Assembly: GCA_001189165.1 (NCBI GenBank)
Contig: LFCO01000001.1
Coordinates: forward strand, 84,321-148,320
Length of the DNA stretch: 64,000 nt
Source of the DNA: Parcubacteria bacterium C7867-005
Lineage (GTDB): Bacteria; Patescibacteriota; Minisyncoccia; Phycocordibacterales; Zambryskibacteraceae
Direction of reading: 5' to 3'
Part shown: positions 17,295 to 27,481 of the stretch, one piece after another
Position numbering within the stretch: the first letter of the stretch is position 1
Layout of the letters: every line of letters starts with the position of its first letter
Notes under the pieces: generated by a model
What the model saw: the letters and a program-made list of their open reading frames with translations, nothing else
Databases searched by the model: none
What the model was told of the DNA's origin: nothing
Made by a program: the position numbers and the translations under genes

Positions 17295-18048
17295 GTTAAA
17301 CAAAGATTATTTTGGCAGGACAATTGTTGTCCTAGTTTTGTTTTTTGCTTGTGCAGTCGTCTTTTCGTTTATGGATGGTGTTTTGGTCAGGATAGCATCA
17401 CCGATCTGGAAAGGGGAGAATGCTTTGGCCAACTCGTTTTGGGGATTCTCTAATTTTTTTAAATCCAAAGAAACCCTTATCGCAGAGAACCAGTCACTCA
17501 AGGATAAGATCATTTCTCAGGAATTATCCATAGAATCAGCTCGTGTCACTATGCAGAGAGAGGATGATCTACTGCGTTCTTTTGGTAGACCAAAAAATGA
17601 AATCTTTATTGCCGCCAGCGTCTTGGTTCGTCCACCAGAAACTCCTTATGATATCTTGCTCGTGGACGCAGGTGCTGATGAAGGTGTGAATGTTTCTGAT
17701 AGAGTAACCCTGGCTGAGGGTATACCCATCGGTTCAGTCGTCGAGGTTTTCAAAAAAACATCCAGAGTGAAGTTATATTCTGCGAGCGGTGAGGATACTC
17801 AGGCCGTACTCGAACGCGGGCCGGTCTCTATCCTGCTCACTGGTAGGGGCGGTAGTAGTTTTGAGTTTACTGTGCCCAGGGAGCTCGAAGTTCTAATCGG
17901 TGACAGAGTTCTTTCTTCAACTATCAATTCTACTTTACTGGGTACCGTGGAGGATATAGAAGTAGCCCCAACTGACTCATTAAAGAAAGTTTTGGTCTCT
18001 AGTTTTGTGAATGTTCATAATATTCGTTTTGTAAGAATAACCCCATGA
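17266..18048 (+). CDS. mreC: rod-shape protein MreC
   Basis: N-terminal TM, coiled coil and beta-rich C-terminus, immediately after mreB. Confidence 0.6.
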   Translation: MKTHFHQRNRLNKDYFGRTIVVLVLFFACAVVFSFMDGVLVRIASPIWKGENALANSFWGFSNFFKSKETLIAENQSLKDKIISQELSIESARVTMQREDDLLRSFGRPKNEIFIAASVLVRPPETPYDILLVDAGADEGVNVSDRVTLAEGIPIGSVVEVFKKTSRVKLYSASGEDTQAVLERGPVSILLTGRGGSSFEFTVPRELEVLIGDRVLSSTINSTLLGTVEDIEVAPTDSLKKVLVSSFVNVHNIRFVRITP

Positions 18049-18305
18049 GTAAGCGAGGCGTGGTCACGATTCTTTTGATTTTTATTTCATTGGCTTTTCC
18101 TTATTGGGTTTATTTGCCAGCACTCTTTTTGACGGTTTTATTCCTTACATTTTTTTGGGAGGCGATATTTATTGGATTCATAATCGACGCGCTTTATGGT
18201 TCACCGTGGGGTGGTTTACTTTCTTACCCCGTCGGTTTGTCTGTCTGTTTGTTCCTCATTCTTCTTTTGCCTATAAGAGATAGAATAAGGACAAACGATG
18301 CATAG
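18045..18305 (+). CDS. mreD: rod-shape protein MreD-like small membrane protein
   Basis: 86-aa multi-TM protein between mreC and PBP2. Confidence 0.4.
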   Translation: MSKRGVVTILLIFISLAFPYWVYLPALFLTVLFLTFFWEAIFIGFIIDALYGSPWGGLLSYPVGLSVCLFLILLLPIRDRIRTNDA

Positions 18306-20010
18306 ACATTTATTTAGGAGATTTAGAAAGAGCATTAGTCGGGGTCACAAGGATATAGATCCCGAGGATATTTTCTTGGACTCAGCAAACCTTCCTGGGT
18401 TCGCTGAAAACCGCTTCGAAGGGAGGATAGAGAAACCAATATCAGGAAATACTTTTTTATTGGTAAGGGGTTTTTTGATTTTATTATTAATTCTTTCGTT
18501 TATTAAACTTTGGGAACTACAGGTCATAAAGGGACATGTCTACAAAGAGATTTCTGAAAACAACAGACTGGCTCACACTCTGATTTTCGCCAACAGGGGA
18601 GTTATCTATGATAGGAACGACATAGAACTTGCTACTAACGAAGTCAAAGAGGGTAATGTGGATTTTGCTGCCCGTTTGTATGCTCCTTATAAAGGTCTCG
18701 CGCATGTTGTGGGCTACCTCAAATATCCTCTCAAGGATTCATCTGGATATTACTATGAGGAGGATTATATCGGTCAGGCGGGGGTAGAGAGGATTTATGA
18801 TGAAATTCTATCAGGCAAAAATGGTCTCAAGATAACAGAGACGGATGCGCTTTCGAGGATCACTTCAGAAAGTCTGATACATAGACCAGAGGATGGAAAG
18901 GATCTGAATCTCTCTGTAGATGTCCGACTCACGAGCGAGTTGTACAAGGCCATAGAGAATACTGCTAAAGCTCGAGGCTTTACCGGAGGAGCTGGGGTGA
19001 TTATGGATGTTAATACAGGGGAGATTCTAGCCCTCACAAGTTATCCAGAATATGACCAAAATATGGTCACCGCAGGTAAAGATAAAGCTGAGATTTCTAG
19101 ACTTTTTAACTCCAAAGATAAACCATTTTTGGATCGGGCAGTGAATGGTCTTTATACTCCTGGTTCTATCGTCAAACCGATTGTTGCCCTTGCTGCTTTG
19201 AATGAAAAAATAATCGATCCAAGCAAACAAATACTTTCTACTGGATCGATTTCTATCCCTAATCCCTATGATAAGACAAAATCATCTGTTTTCAGGGACT
19301 GGAAAGCTCATGGGTGGGTTGATCTACGGAGGGCACTCGCCGTGTCGTCTGACGTCTATTTCTATGCGGTTGGTGGTGGATTCGAGGATCAAAAAGGTTT
19401 GGGGATATCGAATATAGATCGTTATTTCAAAATGTTCGGTTTATCCGAGAAGACCTCTATAGATCTACCAGGAGAGACTACTGGCGTGGTGGCTAATCCA
19501 GAATGGAAAAGCAAAAATTTTAATGGAGAACCATGGAGGCTTGGCGATACATATATAACTGCTATTGGGCAGTACGGTACTCAGGTCTCTGTGATCAGTG
19601 CAGTCAGGTGGGTAGGGGCCATAGCCAACGAAGGTACTTTGTTGGTCCCATCAGTTATCAAGGGTGGTAATGATGAAGATGATCGTGTTTTTCGAACCAT
19701 AGATTTACCACAAGATGTCTGGCGCATAGTCAAAGAGGGTATGAGGGCAGGCGTACAGCCTGGTGGTACCGTGACATCTTTGAGTCACCCGGCAGTGGCT
19801 GTGGCGGCGAAAACAGGTACAGCAGAACTTGGTATTTCTAAGCAGTTTGTTAACTCTTGGGCTACTGGATTTTTCCCTTATGAAGCACCCAAATATGCCT
19901 TCGCTATATTGATGGAAAAGGGGGATAGGGCCAATCTGGTGGGTGCTTCTGCCGCGATGCAACAAGTACTGAATTGGATGATTTTGAATACTCCAGAGTA
20001 TATAAAGTAG
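18298..20010 (+). CDS. mrdA: penicillin-binding protein 2 (elongation transpeptidase)
   Basis: SIVKP (SxxK), SSD (SxN), KTGTA motifs; follows mreBCD. Confidence 0.8.
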   Translation: MHRHLFRRFRKSISRGHKDIDPEDIFLDSANLPGFAENRFEGRIEKPISGNTFLLVRGFLILLLILSFIKLWELQVIKGHVYKEISENNRLAHTLIFANRGVIYDRNDIELATNEVKEGNVDFAARLYAPYKGLAHVVGYLKYPLKDSSGYYYEEDYIGQAGVERIYDEILSGKNGLKITETDALSRITSESLIHRPEDGKDLNLSVDVRLTSELYKAIENTAKARGFTGGAGVIMDVNTGEILALTSYPEYDQNMVTAGKDKAEISRLFNSKDKPFLDRAVNGLYTPGSIVKPIVALAALNEKIIDPSKQILSTGSISIPNPYDKTKSSVFRDWKAHGWVDLRRALAVSSDVYFYAVGGGFEDQKGLGISNIDRYFKMFGLSEKTSIDLPGETTGVVANPEWKSKNFNGEPWRLGDTYITAIGQYGTQVSVISAVRWVGAIANEGTLLVPSVIKGGNDEDDRVFRTIDLPQDVWRIVKEGMRAGVQPGGTVTSLSHPAVAVAAKTGTAELGISKQFVNSWATGFFPYEAPKYAFAILMEKGDRANLVGASAAMQQVLNWMILNTPEYIK

Positions 20011-20070
20011 ATTTGATTTTTGGGGTGGTTTAGCGTACTATACGTCCCCATAATCGTGCCAAAATAAGCC

Positions 20071-20538
20071 ATGAACACAGACAAAGAATATCTGACAGAA
20101 GCCAAATACAACGAGTTCAAAAAAGAGCTTGAGACCCTGAAAACCACCAAGCGCAAGGAGATTGCCGAAGCACTTGAATACGCCAAGTCACTCGGTGACC
20201 TTTCTGAAAACGCAGAATACCACGAAGCCAGAGACACCCAGGCTCGTGTGGAAGACCGCATCAACCACCTCGAAGCACTACTCAAGCATGCTTCAATCGT
20301 ATCTAACCACGACACAAATAAAGTTACCGTTGGTTCTGTTATCAGTGTGGTAAAAGAGGGCTCGAAAGATGTATCCGTCTATACCATCGTCGGTTCAGAA
20401 GAAGCAGACGCGTCACAAGGCAAGGTGTCTCTTCGTTCTCCACTCGGACAGTCTGCACTTGGCAAATCTAAAGGGGAATCTTTTTCTTTCAAAACTCCAA
20501 GCGGTCAGATGACCTACAAAGTCGTAGACATCAAATAG
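20071..20538 (+). CDS. greA: transcription elongation factor GreA
   Basis: LTEAKYNEFKKELETL coiled coil with acidic tip and C-terminal FKBP-like domain. Confidence 0.85.
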   Translation: MNTDKEYLTEAKYNEFKKELETLKTTKRKEIAEALEYAKSLGDLSENAEYHEARDTQARVEDRINHLEALLKHASIVSNHDTNKVTVGSVISVVKEGSKDVSVYTIVGSEEADASQGKVSLRSPLGQSALGKSKGESFSFKTPSGQMTYKVVDIK

Positions 20539-20570
20539 CATCTCTGCTTAAAAACTAGTAAGCTAGATAA

Positions 20571-21929
20571 ATGGCATCTATAGAAGAAATCCGAGAGGCG
20601 CGCCTTCTGAAGCTCAAAATCCTACAAGAAAAGGGTATAAATCCTTATCCAGCAAAATCCAAACAGGACATAACTTGTATTGATGCAGTTAGTCAGTTCG
20701 ATTCACTTGTGGCAGATGGTAAACCTCTCTCCATGGTCGGTCGGGTATTGTCCATACGTGCACAAGGCAAGATTATTTTCATAAACTTTGATGACGGTAC
20801 TGGTCGTTTTCAGGCTCTACTCAAATCTGGTGAACCGCTTCCGGTAGAGACCTTCGAATTGTTCGAAAACGCTTTTGACATAGGGGATTTCGTCGAATTA
20901 AAAGGAACTTTCTTTTTGACCAAGAGGGAAGAGAAGACTCTTTTGGTAGAGGATGTGAAGATGCTCTCCAAGTCTCTTCGCCCACTACCAGAAAAGTGGA
21001 GTGGACTCCAAGACATCGAAGAGAGGTTTAGGAAAAGATATCTTGACCTCATCAGTAGTCCAGAGGTCAAAGAGAGGTTTATGGTTCGTTCCAAAATAGT
21101 TTCCTTAATCCGAGAGTTTTATCAGAAATCTGGGTATGTAGAAGTGGATTTGCCGAACCTCCAGCCGCTTGCTGGTGGGGCGACCGCAGCACCGTTCACC
21201 ACTCACCACAATGCTTTGGATATGGATTTCTATCTGCCTATCGCTCAAGAGCTTTATCTAAAAGAACTTTTGGCTGGTGGTATGAACCGCGTCTTTGAGA
21301 TCGGCAAGCGTTTCAGGAACGAAGGTATAGACACTACTCACAACCCAGAATTCACCATGCTTGAATCAAACGCGGCTTATGAAGACGCGGAGATACAGAG
21401 GGGTTTTATTCAGGATTTATTTAGATTCGTAGTTAAGGGGCTTTTTGGTAAACTCCAATTTGAATATAAAGGTGAAATGATCGACCTGGAACCAGATTTC
21501 AAAGTTTTGAAGTATCCAGACATGACTGACGAAGAATACAAGAAAGAACTTCGACCAACACTCATCCAACCCACATTTATCATTGACTATCCTGTCGCTT
21601 TCAATCCATTCGCCAAGAGAAAGGAGGATGATGAGAAGCTCATCGACCGATTCCAACTCGTCATACACGGCACAGAATTAGTGAATGCGTTTTCAGAATT
21701 AAATAATCCTATTGATCAAAAAGAAAGATATCTTGAAGAAGATAAGAAAGGGAAGAAGGGGAACAAAGATATTTCTCCATCAGATCAAGAATACCTAGAA
21801 GCGATGGAATACGGCATGCCTCCGAATGGCGGTATAGGGATAGGTATAGACCGCTTGGTCATGCTCCTTACGAATGTAGAAAACATAAAGGAAGTGATAC
21901 TTTTCCCGACCCTGAAGCCAAGAAACTAG
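20571..21929 (+). CDS. lysS: lysyl-tRNA synthetase (class II)
   Basis: OB fold plus [18 protein letters not shown] motif 2 and [12 protein letters not shown] motif 3. Confidence 0.9.
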   Translation: MASIEEIREARLLKLKILQEKGINPYPAKSKQDITCIDAVSQFDSLVADGKPLSMVGRVLSIRAQGKIIFINFDDGTGRFQALLKSGEPLPVETFELFENAFDIGDFVELKGTFFLTKREEKTLLVEDVKMLSKSLRPLPEKWSGLQDIEERFRKRYLDLISSPEVKERFMVRSKIVSLIREFYQKSGYVEVDLPNLQPLAGGATAAPFTTHHNALDMDFYLPIAQELYLKELLAGGMNRVFEIGKRFRNEGIDTTHNPEFTMLESNAAYEDAEIQRGFIQDLFRFVVKGLFGKLQFEYKGEMIDLEPDFKVLKYPDMTDEEYKKELRPTLIQPTFIIDYPVAFNPFAKRKEDDEKLIDRFQLVIHGTELVNAFSELNNPIDQKERYLEEDKKGKKGNKDISPSDQEYLEAMEYGMPPNGGIGIGIDRLVMLLTNVENIKEVILFPTLKPRN

Positions 21930-21933
21930 CTAC

Positions 21934-21963
21934 TTGACAAAGTGGTATAGTTTGTGCTAGTAT
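21934..21963 (+). promoter_or_regulatory. promoter TTGACA-N18-TGcTAGTAT upstream of high-GC gene D
   Basis: -35 at 21934-21939, extended -10 at 21955-21963. Confidence 0.45.
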
Positions 21964-22018
21964 CAGAAGGAAACTGATCTTCAGTACGTCCACAACCACC
22001 CCAGACACGGAGTAGCAG

Positions 22019-22672
22019 ATGCGTTTGTTCGTGCGTTTCCTCTGCCTCGTCATGCTGATGTGCATGGTCGAGAAGAACGTGCTCGCCCAGGAGAACCCGC
22101 GGGCCATGGAACTCAAGTCGATCACCGTCGGCTCCGGCCGCGACGCGATCGCGAGCGGGATCGTCGGCACCGCGATCTTCAATTCGCGGGATGGCAAGCT
22201 GTACGGTGACTTCACCGTCCAGGCACAGCAGTCCTGGCTCACGATGGGTAGGAACTTCGGCACGAAGACCAAGGCGACCATCGGTGGCACCATCGGATAC
22301 TTCCAGGGTGCACCATTCGTCGGCCCGTATGTCTTCGTCACTCGACCGATCGCACCCAAGATCTCCAAGATCTCGGTTAGCGGTCTCTACTGGCCAGCCG
22401 TCTTCGCATGGGAGCCGAGCGAATGGAAGAACGACGGGGTGAAGAACCCCGAGCCCCTCGCCATCGGCAACTTCGGCATGGTGTCGATCGGTACGGACAG
22501 GGTGAGACTCACTTACGCCCTGCTCGACTTCATGGATGACCCGTTCAATCGACTCCCGGGGATCTCGATCTCGGCGCCGTACGCAAAGAAGATGGTCTTC
22601 AATGCGAACGCGACCTGGAATACGGTCGGTGAGGAATGGATGTTCTACATGGGGATGACCTGGTCCCGCTAG
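22019..22672 (+). CDS. signal-peptide-bearing beta-strand-rich protein resembling an outer-membrane beta-barrel (high GC)
   Basis: Signal MRLFVRFLCLVMLMCMVEKNVLA and an alternating hydrophobic pattern. GC about 60%. Confidence 0.35.
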   Translation: MRLFVRFLCLVMLMCMVEKNVLAQENPRAMELKSITVGSGRDAIASGIVGTAIFNSRDGKLYGDFTVQAQQSWLTMGRNFGTKTKATIGGTIGYFQGAPFVGPYVFVTRPIAPKISKISVSGLYWPAVFAWEPSEWKNDGVKNPEPLAIGNFGMVSIGTDRVRLTYALLDFMDDPFNRLPGISISAPYAKKMVFNANATWNTVGEEWMFYMGMTWSR

Positions 22673-22723
22673 CACAGGGGCCTTTTTGATACAAAAAGTA
22701 AGTATAAGAAGTGTGGATAACTA

Positions 22724-22780
22724 TGCTAGTAGAGTGGAGGCTGGTGGGGTACAATTTCACTTGAGTGGGAGAAAGTGGGA
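22724..22780 (+). promoter_or_regulatory. mraZ control region: TGcTAGTAG -10-like element plus four GTGGRR direct repeats at 10-bp spacing (MraZ-box-like)
   Basis: Repeats at 22734, 22744, 22765 and 22775 (GTGGAG, GTGGGG, GTGGGA, GTGGGA). Confidence 0.45.
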
Positions 22781-22792
22781 AACAAACAAATC

Positions 22793-23227
22793 ATGTTCAT
22801 AGGCGAGTACACACATACGGTAGATGAGAAAAAAAGAATCTCATTACCGGCCAAGTTCAAAAAAGAATTAGGCAAGAAAGTCGTCGTCACTCGCGGACTC
22901 GATAATTGTCTTTTCCTCTTCACTCACAAGACGTGGACAGACATATCCAAAGAGACTGCCAAGCTTGATTTCAAACAAGCAGATGCCCGAGGATTCTCTA
23001 GGTTCATGTTCTCCGGTGCTTCAGAGATAGATGTAGATTCGATGGGGAGAATTCTAATCCCTGACTATCTCCGAGAGTTCGGGGATGTCAAAAGCTCTGT
23101 GGTGTTTGCCGGAGTGCATGACCGAATAGAAATCTGGAATGAGAAGCGTTGGGATACATACAAGAAATTGATTGAATCCCAAGCGGACATGATGGCTGAA
23201 AAACTTGGCACAGTAGGGATAAGGTAG
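22793..23227 (+). CDS. mraZ: transcriptional regulator MraZ
   Basis: MFIGEYTHTVDEKKRISLPAKF and a second SpoVT/AbrB-like half. ATG at 22793 preferred over the GTG at 22775 in the ORF track. Confidence 0.85.
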   Translation: MFIGEYTHTVDEKKRISLPAKFKKELGKKVVVTRGLDNCLFLFTHKTWTDISKETAKLDFKQADARGFSRFMFSGASEIDVDSMGRILIPDYLREFGDVKSSVVFAGVHDRIEIWNEKRWDTYKKLIESQADMMAEKLGTVGIR

Positions 23228-23228
23228 T

Positions 23229-24125
23229 ATGGCTCACGTCACTGTACTTTTACATGAGGCGATCGACAATCTAGATCTTAAATCCGGAGAAATCTTACTC
23301 GATGGGACACTTGGTGCAGGTGGGCACAGCGCCCTCGTCGCAGAAAGGTTCGGAGATGATGTAGAGATCATCGGGCTCGATAGAGACCCTGAAGCGATTC
23401 AAAGAAGTGAAGAGAGGTTGCGGACTCTTACCACTTCGGCTTATTTCAGAAACGAAAGTTTCAAGAATTTAGATCAAGTTATCGATTCGTTAGGGATAAA
23501 AAAAGTAGATGCGATCCTCCTTGATCTGGGGATATCATCTGATCAGCTCGATGCAGAGGGCAGGGGATTTTCTTTTCAAAGAGACGAACCTCTCTCGATG
23601 ACTATGTCAGGCGGCGATAAAGATTTCGACGCTGCCACGATCCTCAATACCTTTGATGAAGAAGCACTCGAACTTATCATCAGGGGTTTTGGAGAAGAGA
23701 AGTTTTCTAGACGTATCGCCAAGGAGATAGTAGAGAGAAGAGAGATCAAATCGTTTGCTACGACGTTCGAACTTGTAGAAGCAGTGCGCGCTGCCACGCC
23801 CACTGTCTACCATCGAGGGAAACTCCACCCCGCGACCAGAACGTTCCAAGCACTACGCATTGCGGTTAACGCAGAACTCACTGCCTTAGAGGAGGGCTTA
23901 GAGAAAGGATTCAAATCTCTCTCGGTCGGAGGTCGATTCGCAGTGATCACCTTCCACAGCCTCGAAGACAGGATCGTCAAACAATTTTTCAAAAACAAAG
24001 TAGTAGAGGAAAAGGCCGTAGCTATATCCAAGAAGCCCATTACTCCGACCGAAGAAGAGATAAAAGAGAATCCCAGGTCGAGGAGCGCCAAGCTCCGAGT
24101 GATAGAGAAGCAACAAGAAGAATAA
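23229..24125 (+). CDS. rsmH: 16S rRNA m4C1402 methyltransferase
   Basis: HVTVLLHEAIDNL..DGTLGAGGHS..FHSLEDRIVKQ motifs. Confidence 0.9.
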   Translation: MAHVTVLLHEAIDNLDLKSGEILLDGTLGAGGHSALVAERFGDDVEIIGLDRDPEAIQRSEERLRTLTTSAYFRNESFKNLDQVIDSLGIKKVDAILLDLGISSDQLDAEGRGFSFQRDEPLSMTMSGGDKDFDAATILNTFDEEALELIIRGFGEEKFSRRIAKEIVERREIKSFATTFELVEAVRAATPTVYHRGKLHPATRTFQALRIAVNAELTALEEGLEKGFKSLSVGGRFAVITFHSLEDRIVKQFFKNKVVEEKAVAISKKPITPTEEEIKENPRSRSAKLRVIEKQQEE

Positions 24126-24126
24126 A

Positions 24127-24438
24127 ATGTACAAAACCAAAACAATTTCATACGATAGCAGAGCCCTCGCTTTCTGGACTCTCACTTCTCTATGTGCTCT
24201 TTCTTTAGTAATTTATATATATGGTATCAATGCGACTGTGCATAACACTGTCACCAGACAGAATATGGAAAAACAAGTTTCGAGTATAACCACCGCCCTA
24301 GGAGAAATGGAATTCAAATACATCTCTTTGAAGAACAGCATCTCACTTGAAGTTGCTTATGAGAAGGGTTTCAAAGATGTAGATACTCCTGTGTTCATAT
24401 CCAGAGCTTCTACTCCTACTCTTTCTATAAATAGATAA
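24127..24438 (+). CDS. ftsL: FtsL-like cell-division membrane protein
   Basis: 103 aa with a single TM, positioned between rsmH and ftsI. Confidence 0.45.
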   Translation: MYKTKTISYDSRALAFWTLTSLCALSLVIYIYGINATVHNTVTRQNMEKQVSSITTALGEMEFKYISLKNSISLEVAYEKGFKDVDTPVFISRASTPTLSINR

Positions 24439-24443
24439 ATCTT

Positions 24444-26189
24444 ATGAAAGAAGCTTCAAACAGGCTTCGATTCCTCTCGATAGCAGTCATCGTATTTGCC
24501 CTCGTCCTTATCTCTAAACTCTATTGGGTGCAGATAGTTTCTGGAGATAGATATGAAGGATTGGCTGATCATCAGTATGTTGCTGGATCGAGTTATTTTG
24601 ATCGTGGTTCGATTTTCTTTAGTGCCAAGGATGGTTCGACCGTTCCTGCTGCCACTCTTAAAACAGGATTCATTCTGGCTATAAATCCTCAGATCTTGTC
24701 AAAAGATCCAGACATCGGAGCGGTTTATGAAAAGATAAATAATATTACCCCTATAGATAAAGATTCTTTCTTGTCGAAGATAAACAAAGAATCAGATCCG
24801 TATGAAGAAATAGAGAACAAGTTGTCACAAGACGTGGCGGATCAGATAAGCGGTTTAAAAATCAAAGGTGTATCTGTGTACAAAGAAAAGTGGCGTATCT
24901 ATCCAGGTGATTCTATGGCCGCACAGACAGTTGGATTTATAGGATATAAAGGGGACGAACTTGCAGGTAGATACGGACTCGAGCGTTTCTATGAACCACA
25001 GCTCGGGCGTTCAGGAGATGAAGCATTTGTGAATTTTTTTGCAGAAATTTTTTCCAATATAAAAAAACGAGTTGTCGATGGCGGGAGTCTAGAGGGTGAC
25101 ATAGTCACTACTATAGAACCTACCGTAGAGTCATATCTTGAAGCAGAGCTTAAAAAAGTAAATGACAAATATCACTCAGAATTTACTGGAGGTATAGTGA
25201 TCAATCCAAAGAATGGAGAAATCTATGCCATAGGGATGGACCCAACATTCAATCCAAATGATTTAAAGAACGAAAACGACCCAAGTGTGTTTAGAAATAA
25301 ATTTGTAGAAGACAGGTATGAGATGGGCTCGATCATCAAACCACTCACGGTTGCTGCCGGACTCGATTCAGGAGCCATAACCCCAAAGACAACCTACAAA
25401 GATCCTGGTTGTATGACACTGAACAAAAAAACTTTCTGCAACTATGACCTGAAGTCACACGGCTCCCTCGTGCCGATGCAGACGATCTTGAGCAAATCTC
25501 TCAATACAGGAGTTGCTTTTATAGTGAACAAAATGGGCAAAGAAGTTTTCGCAGACTATATGTTCAAATTTGGACTGGCAACTACGACGGGCATAGATCT
25601 ACCAAATGAAGGTCACTCGTTGGTTTCTAACCTCAACTCTCCACGTGATCTGGAACACGCCCAAGCATCGTTTGGTCAAGGTATAGCCCTCACGCCGATC
25701 ATCACTGTGCGTGCGCTTTCTGCATTGGCGAATGGTGGTGTACTCATCAATCCGCATCTGGTCAAAGAGATCAAGCACAAGATTGGCACTGCCGACAAGA
25801 TTGAGTTCGAAGAGAGCCAAAGAGTTCTTAAACCAGAAACTACCGAGGAGATCAGTAGGATGCTCACAGAGGTTGTAGACCGTGCATTAAAGAACGGCAC
25901 AGTTCGTCTAGAGAACTATAGTATCGCGGCCAAAACGGGTACAGCACAAATAGCAAAATCCGGAGGTGGGGGATACTACGAAGATAGATATCTCCACTCC
26001 TTCTTTGGATATTTCCCTTCATTTGATCCCAAGTTCCTCATTTTCCTATACACCTTCCATCCTAAAGAGGTGAAGTATGCTTCGGAAACTCTTACTGATA
26101 CTTTCATCAACATGGCAAAATTTTTGATAAACTACTATGATATTCCTCCAGACAGAGAAGCCCCACCACCAGCCACAGTAAAAATATGA
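24444..26189 (+). CDS. ftsI: penicillin-binding protein (FtsI-type septal transpeptidase)
   Basis: GSIIKP (SxxK), SLN, KTGTA; dcw context. Confidence 0.8.
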   Translation: MKEASNRLRFLSIAVIVFALVLISKLYWVQIVSGDRYEGLADHQYVAGSSYFDRGSIFFSAKDGSTVPAATLKTGFILAINPQILSKDPDIGAVYEKINNITPIDKDSFLSKINKESDPYEEIENKLSQDVADQISGLKIKGVSVYKEKWRIYPGDSMAAQTVGFIGYKGDELAGRYGLERFYEPQLGRSGDEAFVNFFAEIFSNIKKRVVDGGSLEGDIVTTIEPTVESYLEAELKKVNDKYHSEFTGGIVINPKNGEIYAIGMDPTFNPNDLKNENDPSVFRNKFVEDRYEMGSIIKPLTVAAGLDSGAITPKTTYKDPGCMTLNKKTFCNYDLKSHGSLVPMQTILSKSLNTGVAFIVNKMGKEVFADYMFKFGLATTTGIDLPNEGHSLVSNLNSPRDLEHAQASFGQGIALTPIITVRALSALANGGVLINPHLVKEIKHKIGTADKIEFEESQRVLKPETTEEISRMLTEVVDRALKNGTVRLENYSIAAKTGTAQIAKSGGGGYYEDRYLHSFFGYFPSFDPKFLIFLYTFHPKEVKYASETLTDTFINMAKFLINYYDIPPDREAPPPATVKI

Positions 26190-27481
26190 TCAAAGATATC
26201 CTCAAACGCACAGTCATACATCTCCTACAAAAACAGGCCAAGTTTGTTCTAAGGAAATACAACCCCAAAATTGTGGCTATCACTGGTACCGTAGGCAAAA
26301 CCAGCACCAAAGATTCACTTTACACCGCATTATCCAGGTTCTATTTCGTAAGGGCGAGTCAGAAGAGTTTTAACAATGATTTTGGTATTCCTCTTACTAT
26401 CCTGAATTTACCAACAGCAGGAAGCGATATGCTTGGTTGGGCGAGGAACTTACTCGAAGGTCTATCACTTATGATCATGCCCAGCCATTATCCAGAGTGG
26501 CTTATTCTCGAAGTGGGGACTGATAGACCGGGGGACATAGCCGCAGTTACTTCGTGGATCAAACCCGACGTGGTGATTGTGACCAAACTTTCCAAAGTAC
26601 CAGTGCATGTAGAATTCTTTGGTTCACCAGAAGATATTTTTGAAGAAAAAGGTAATTTGATTAGAGCACTGAAGATGGGAGGAATCCTCGTCCTCAATGC
26701 AGATGATGAAGATGTTCTTTCCTATAAAAATTTATCTGATGAGAGGGTTGTCTCGTTTGGGCAGAAAGAGGGTGCAGACATCACAGCGAGTGACTATGAA
26801 GTTCTTTATGATGAAGAGAATCAGCCCAAGGGTATAACATTCAATGTCTTGAATAAAGAAGAAATCCACCCAGTTTACCTAGCTGGCACCGTCGGGGCGC
26901 ATCATGTTTATCATGTATTATCGGCTTTTGCTGTTTGTTTTGCTTTGGGTGAACACCTTTCTATCGCTGCCAAGGCTTTCAAAAATCATGAACCCACTCC
27001 AGGCAGAATGCGTTTATTGCCAGGCATCAAAGAGAGTACTGTCGTCGATGATTCATATAACTCATCACCGGTGGCCGTCGAGGAAGCATTGAAATCTCTT
27101 TCTACAATAAAAAAATCTAAACGAAATATAGTTGTGCTGGGCGACATGCTCGAACTCGGGAGATATTCCATAGATGAACACAAGAAAGCCGGCGCACTGG
27201 CATCCAAGGTAGCAGACATATTGGTCACCGTGGGGATCAGGTCGAGGTACATCGCTGAATCTGCCTTGAACGAAGGCATGGATGAATCAAAAGTACTCCA
27301 GTTTGATGGATCCGAAGAAGCGGGTTCATATATTCAAAATATTATAAAGAAAGGGGATTTGGTTTTGGTTAAGGGCTCCCAGGGTGTCCGTATGGAACGT
27401 GTCGTAGAAGAGATCATGGCTCATCCAGAAGATAAAGAACATTTACTAGTTAGACAAGAGGAAGAATGGAGAAATCGGTGA
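26186..27481 (+). CDS. murF: UDP-MurNAc-tripeptide--D-Ala-D-Ala ligase
   Basis: ITGTVGKTSTKD P-loop and Mur ligase middle and C-terminal domains. Confidence 0.85.
   Translation: MIKDILKRTVIHLLQKQAKFVLRKYNPKIVAITGTVGKTSTKDSLYTALSRFYFVRASQKSFNNDFGIPLTILNLPTAGSDMLGWARNLLEGLSLMIMPSHYPEWLILEVGTDRPGDIAAVTSWIKPDVVIVTKLSKVPVHVEFFGSPEDIFEEKGNLIRALKMGGILVLNADDEDVLSYKNLSDERVVSFGQKEGADITASDYEVLYDEENQPKGITFNVLNKEEIHPVYLAGTVGAHHVYHVLSAFAVCFALGEHLSIAAKAFKNHEPTPGRMRLLPGIKESTVVDDSYNSSPVAVEEALKSLSTIKKSKRNIVVLGDMLELGRYSIDEHKKAGALASKVADILVTVGIRSRYIAESALNEGMDESKVLQFDGSEEAGSYIQNIIKKGDLVLVKGSQGVRMERVVEEIMAHPEDKEHLLVRQEEEWRNR

Noticed and set aside
21926-22675. 249-aa minus-strand ORF and the 22191-22442 plus-strand ORF over island D
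   Set aside because: Same high-GC open-frame artefact. The sense ORF has a signal peptide and a promoter.
22775-22792. GTG start for mraZ as given in the ORF track
   Set aside because: It lies inside the GTGGGA repeat array. The ATG at 22793 yields the canonical MraZ N-terminus MFIGEY.
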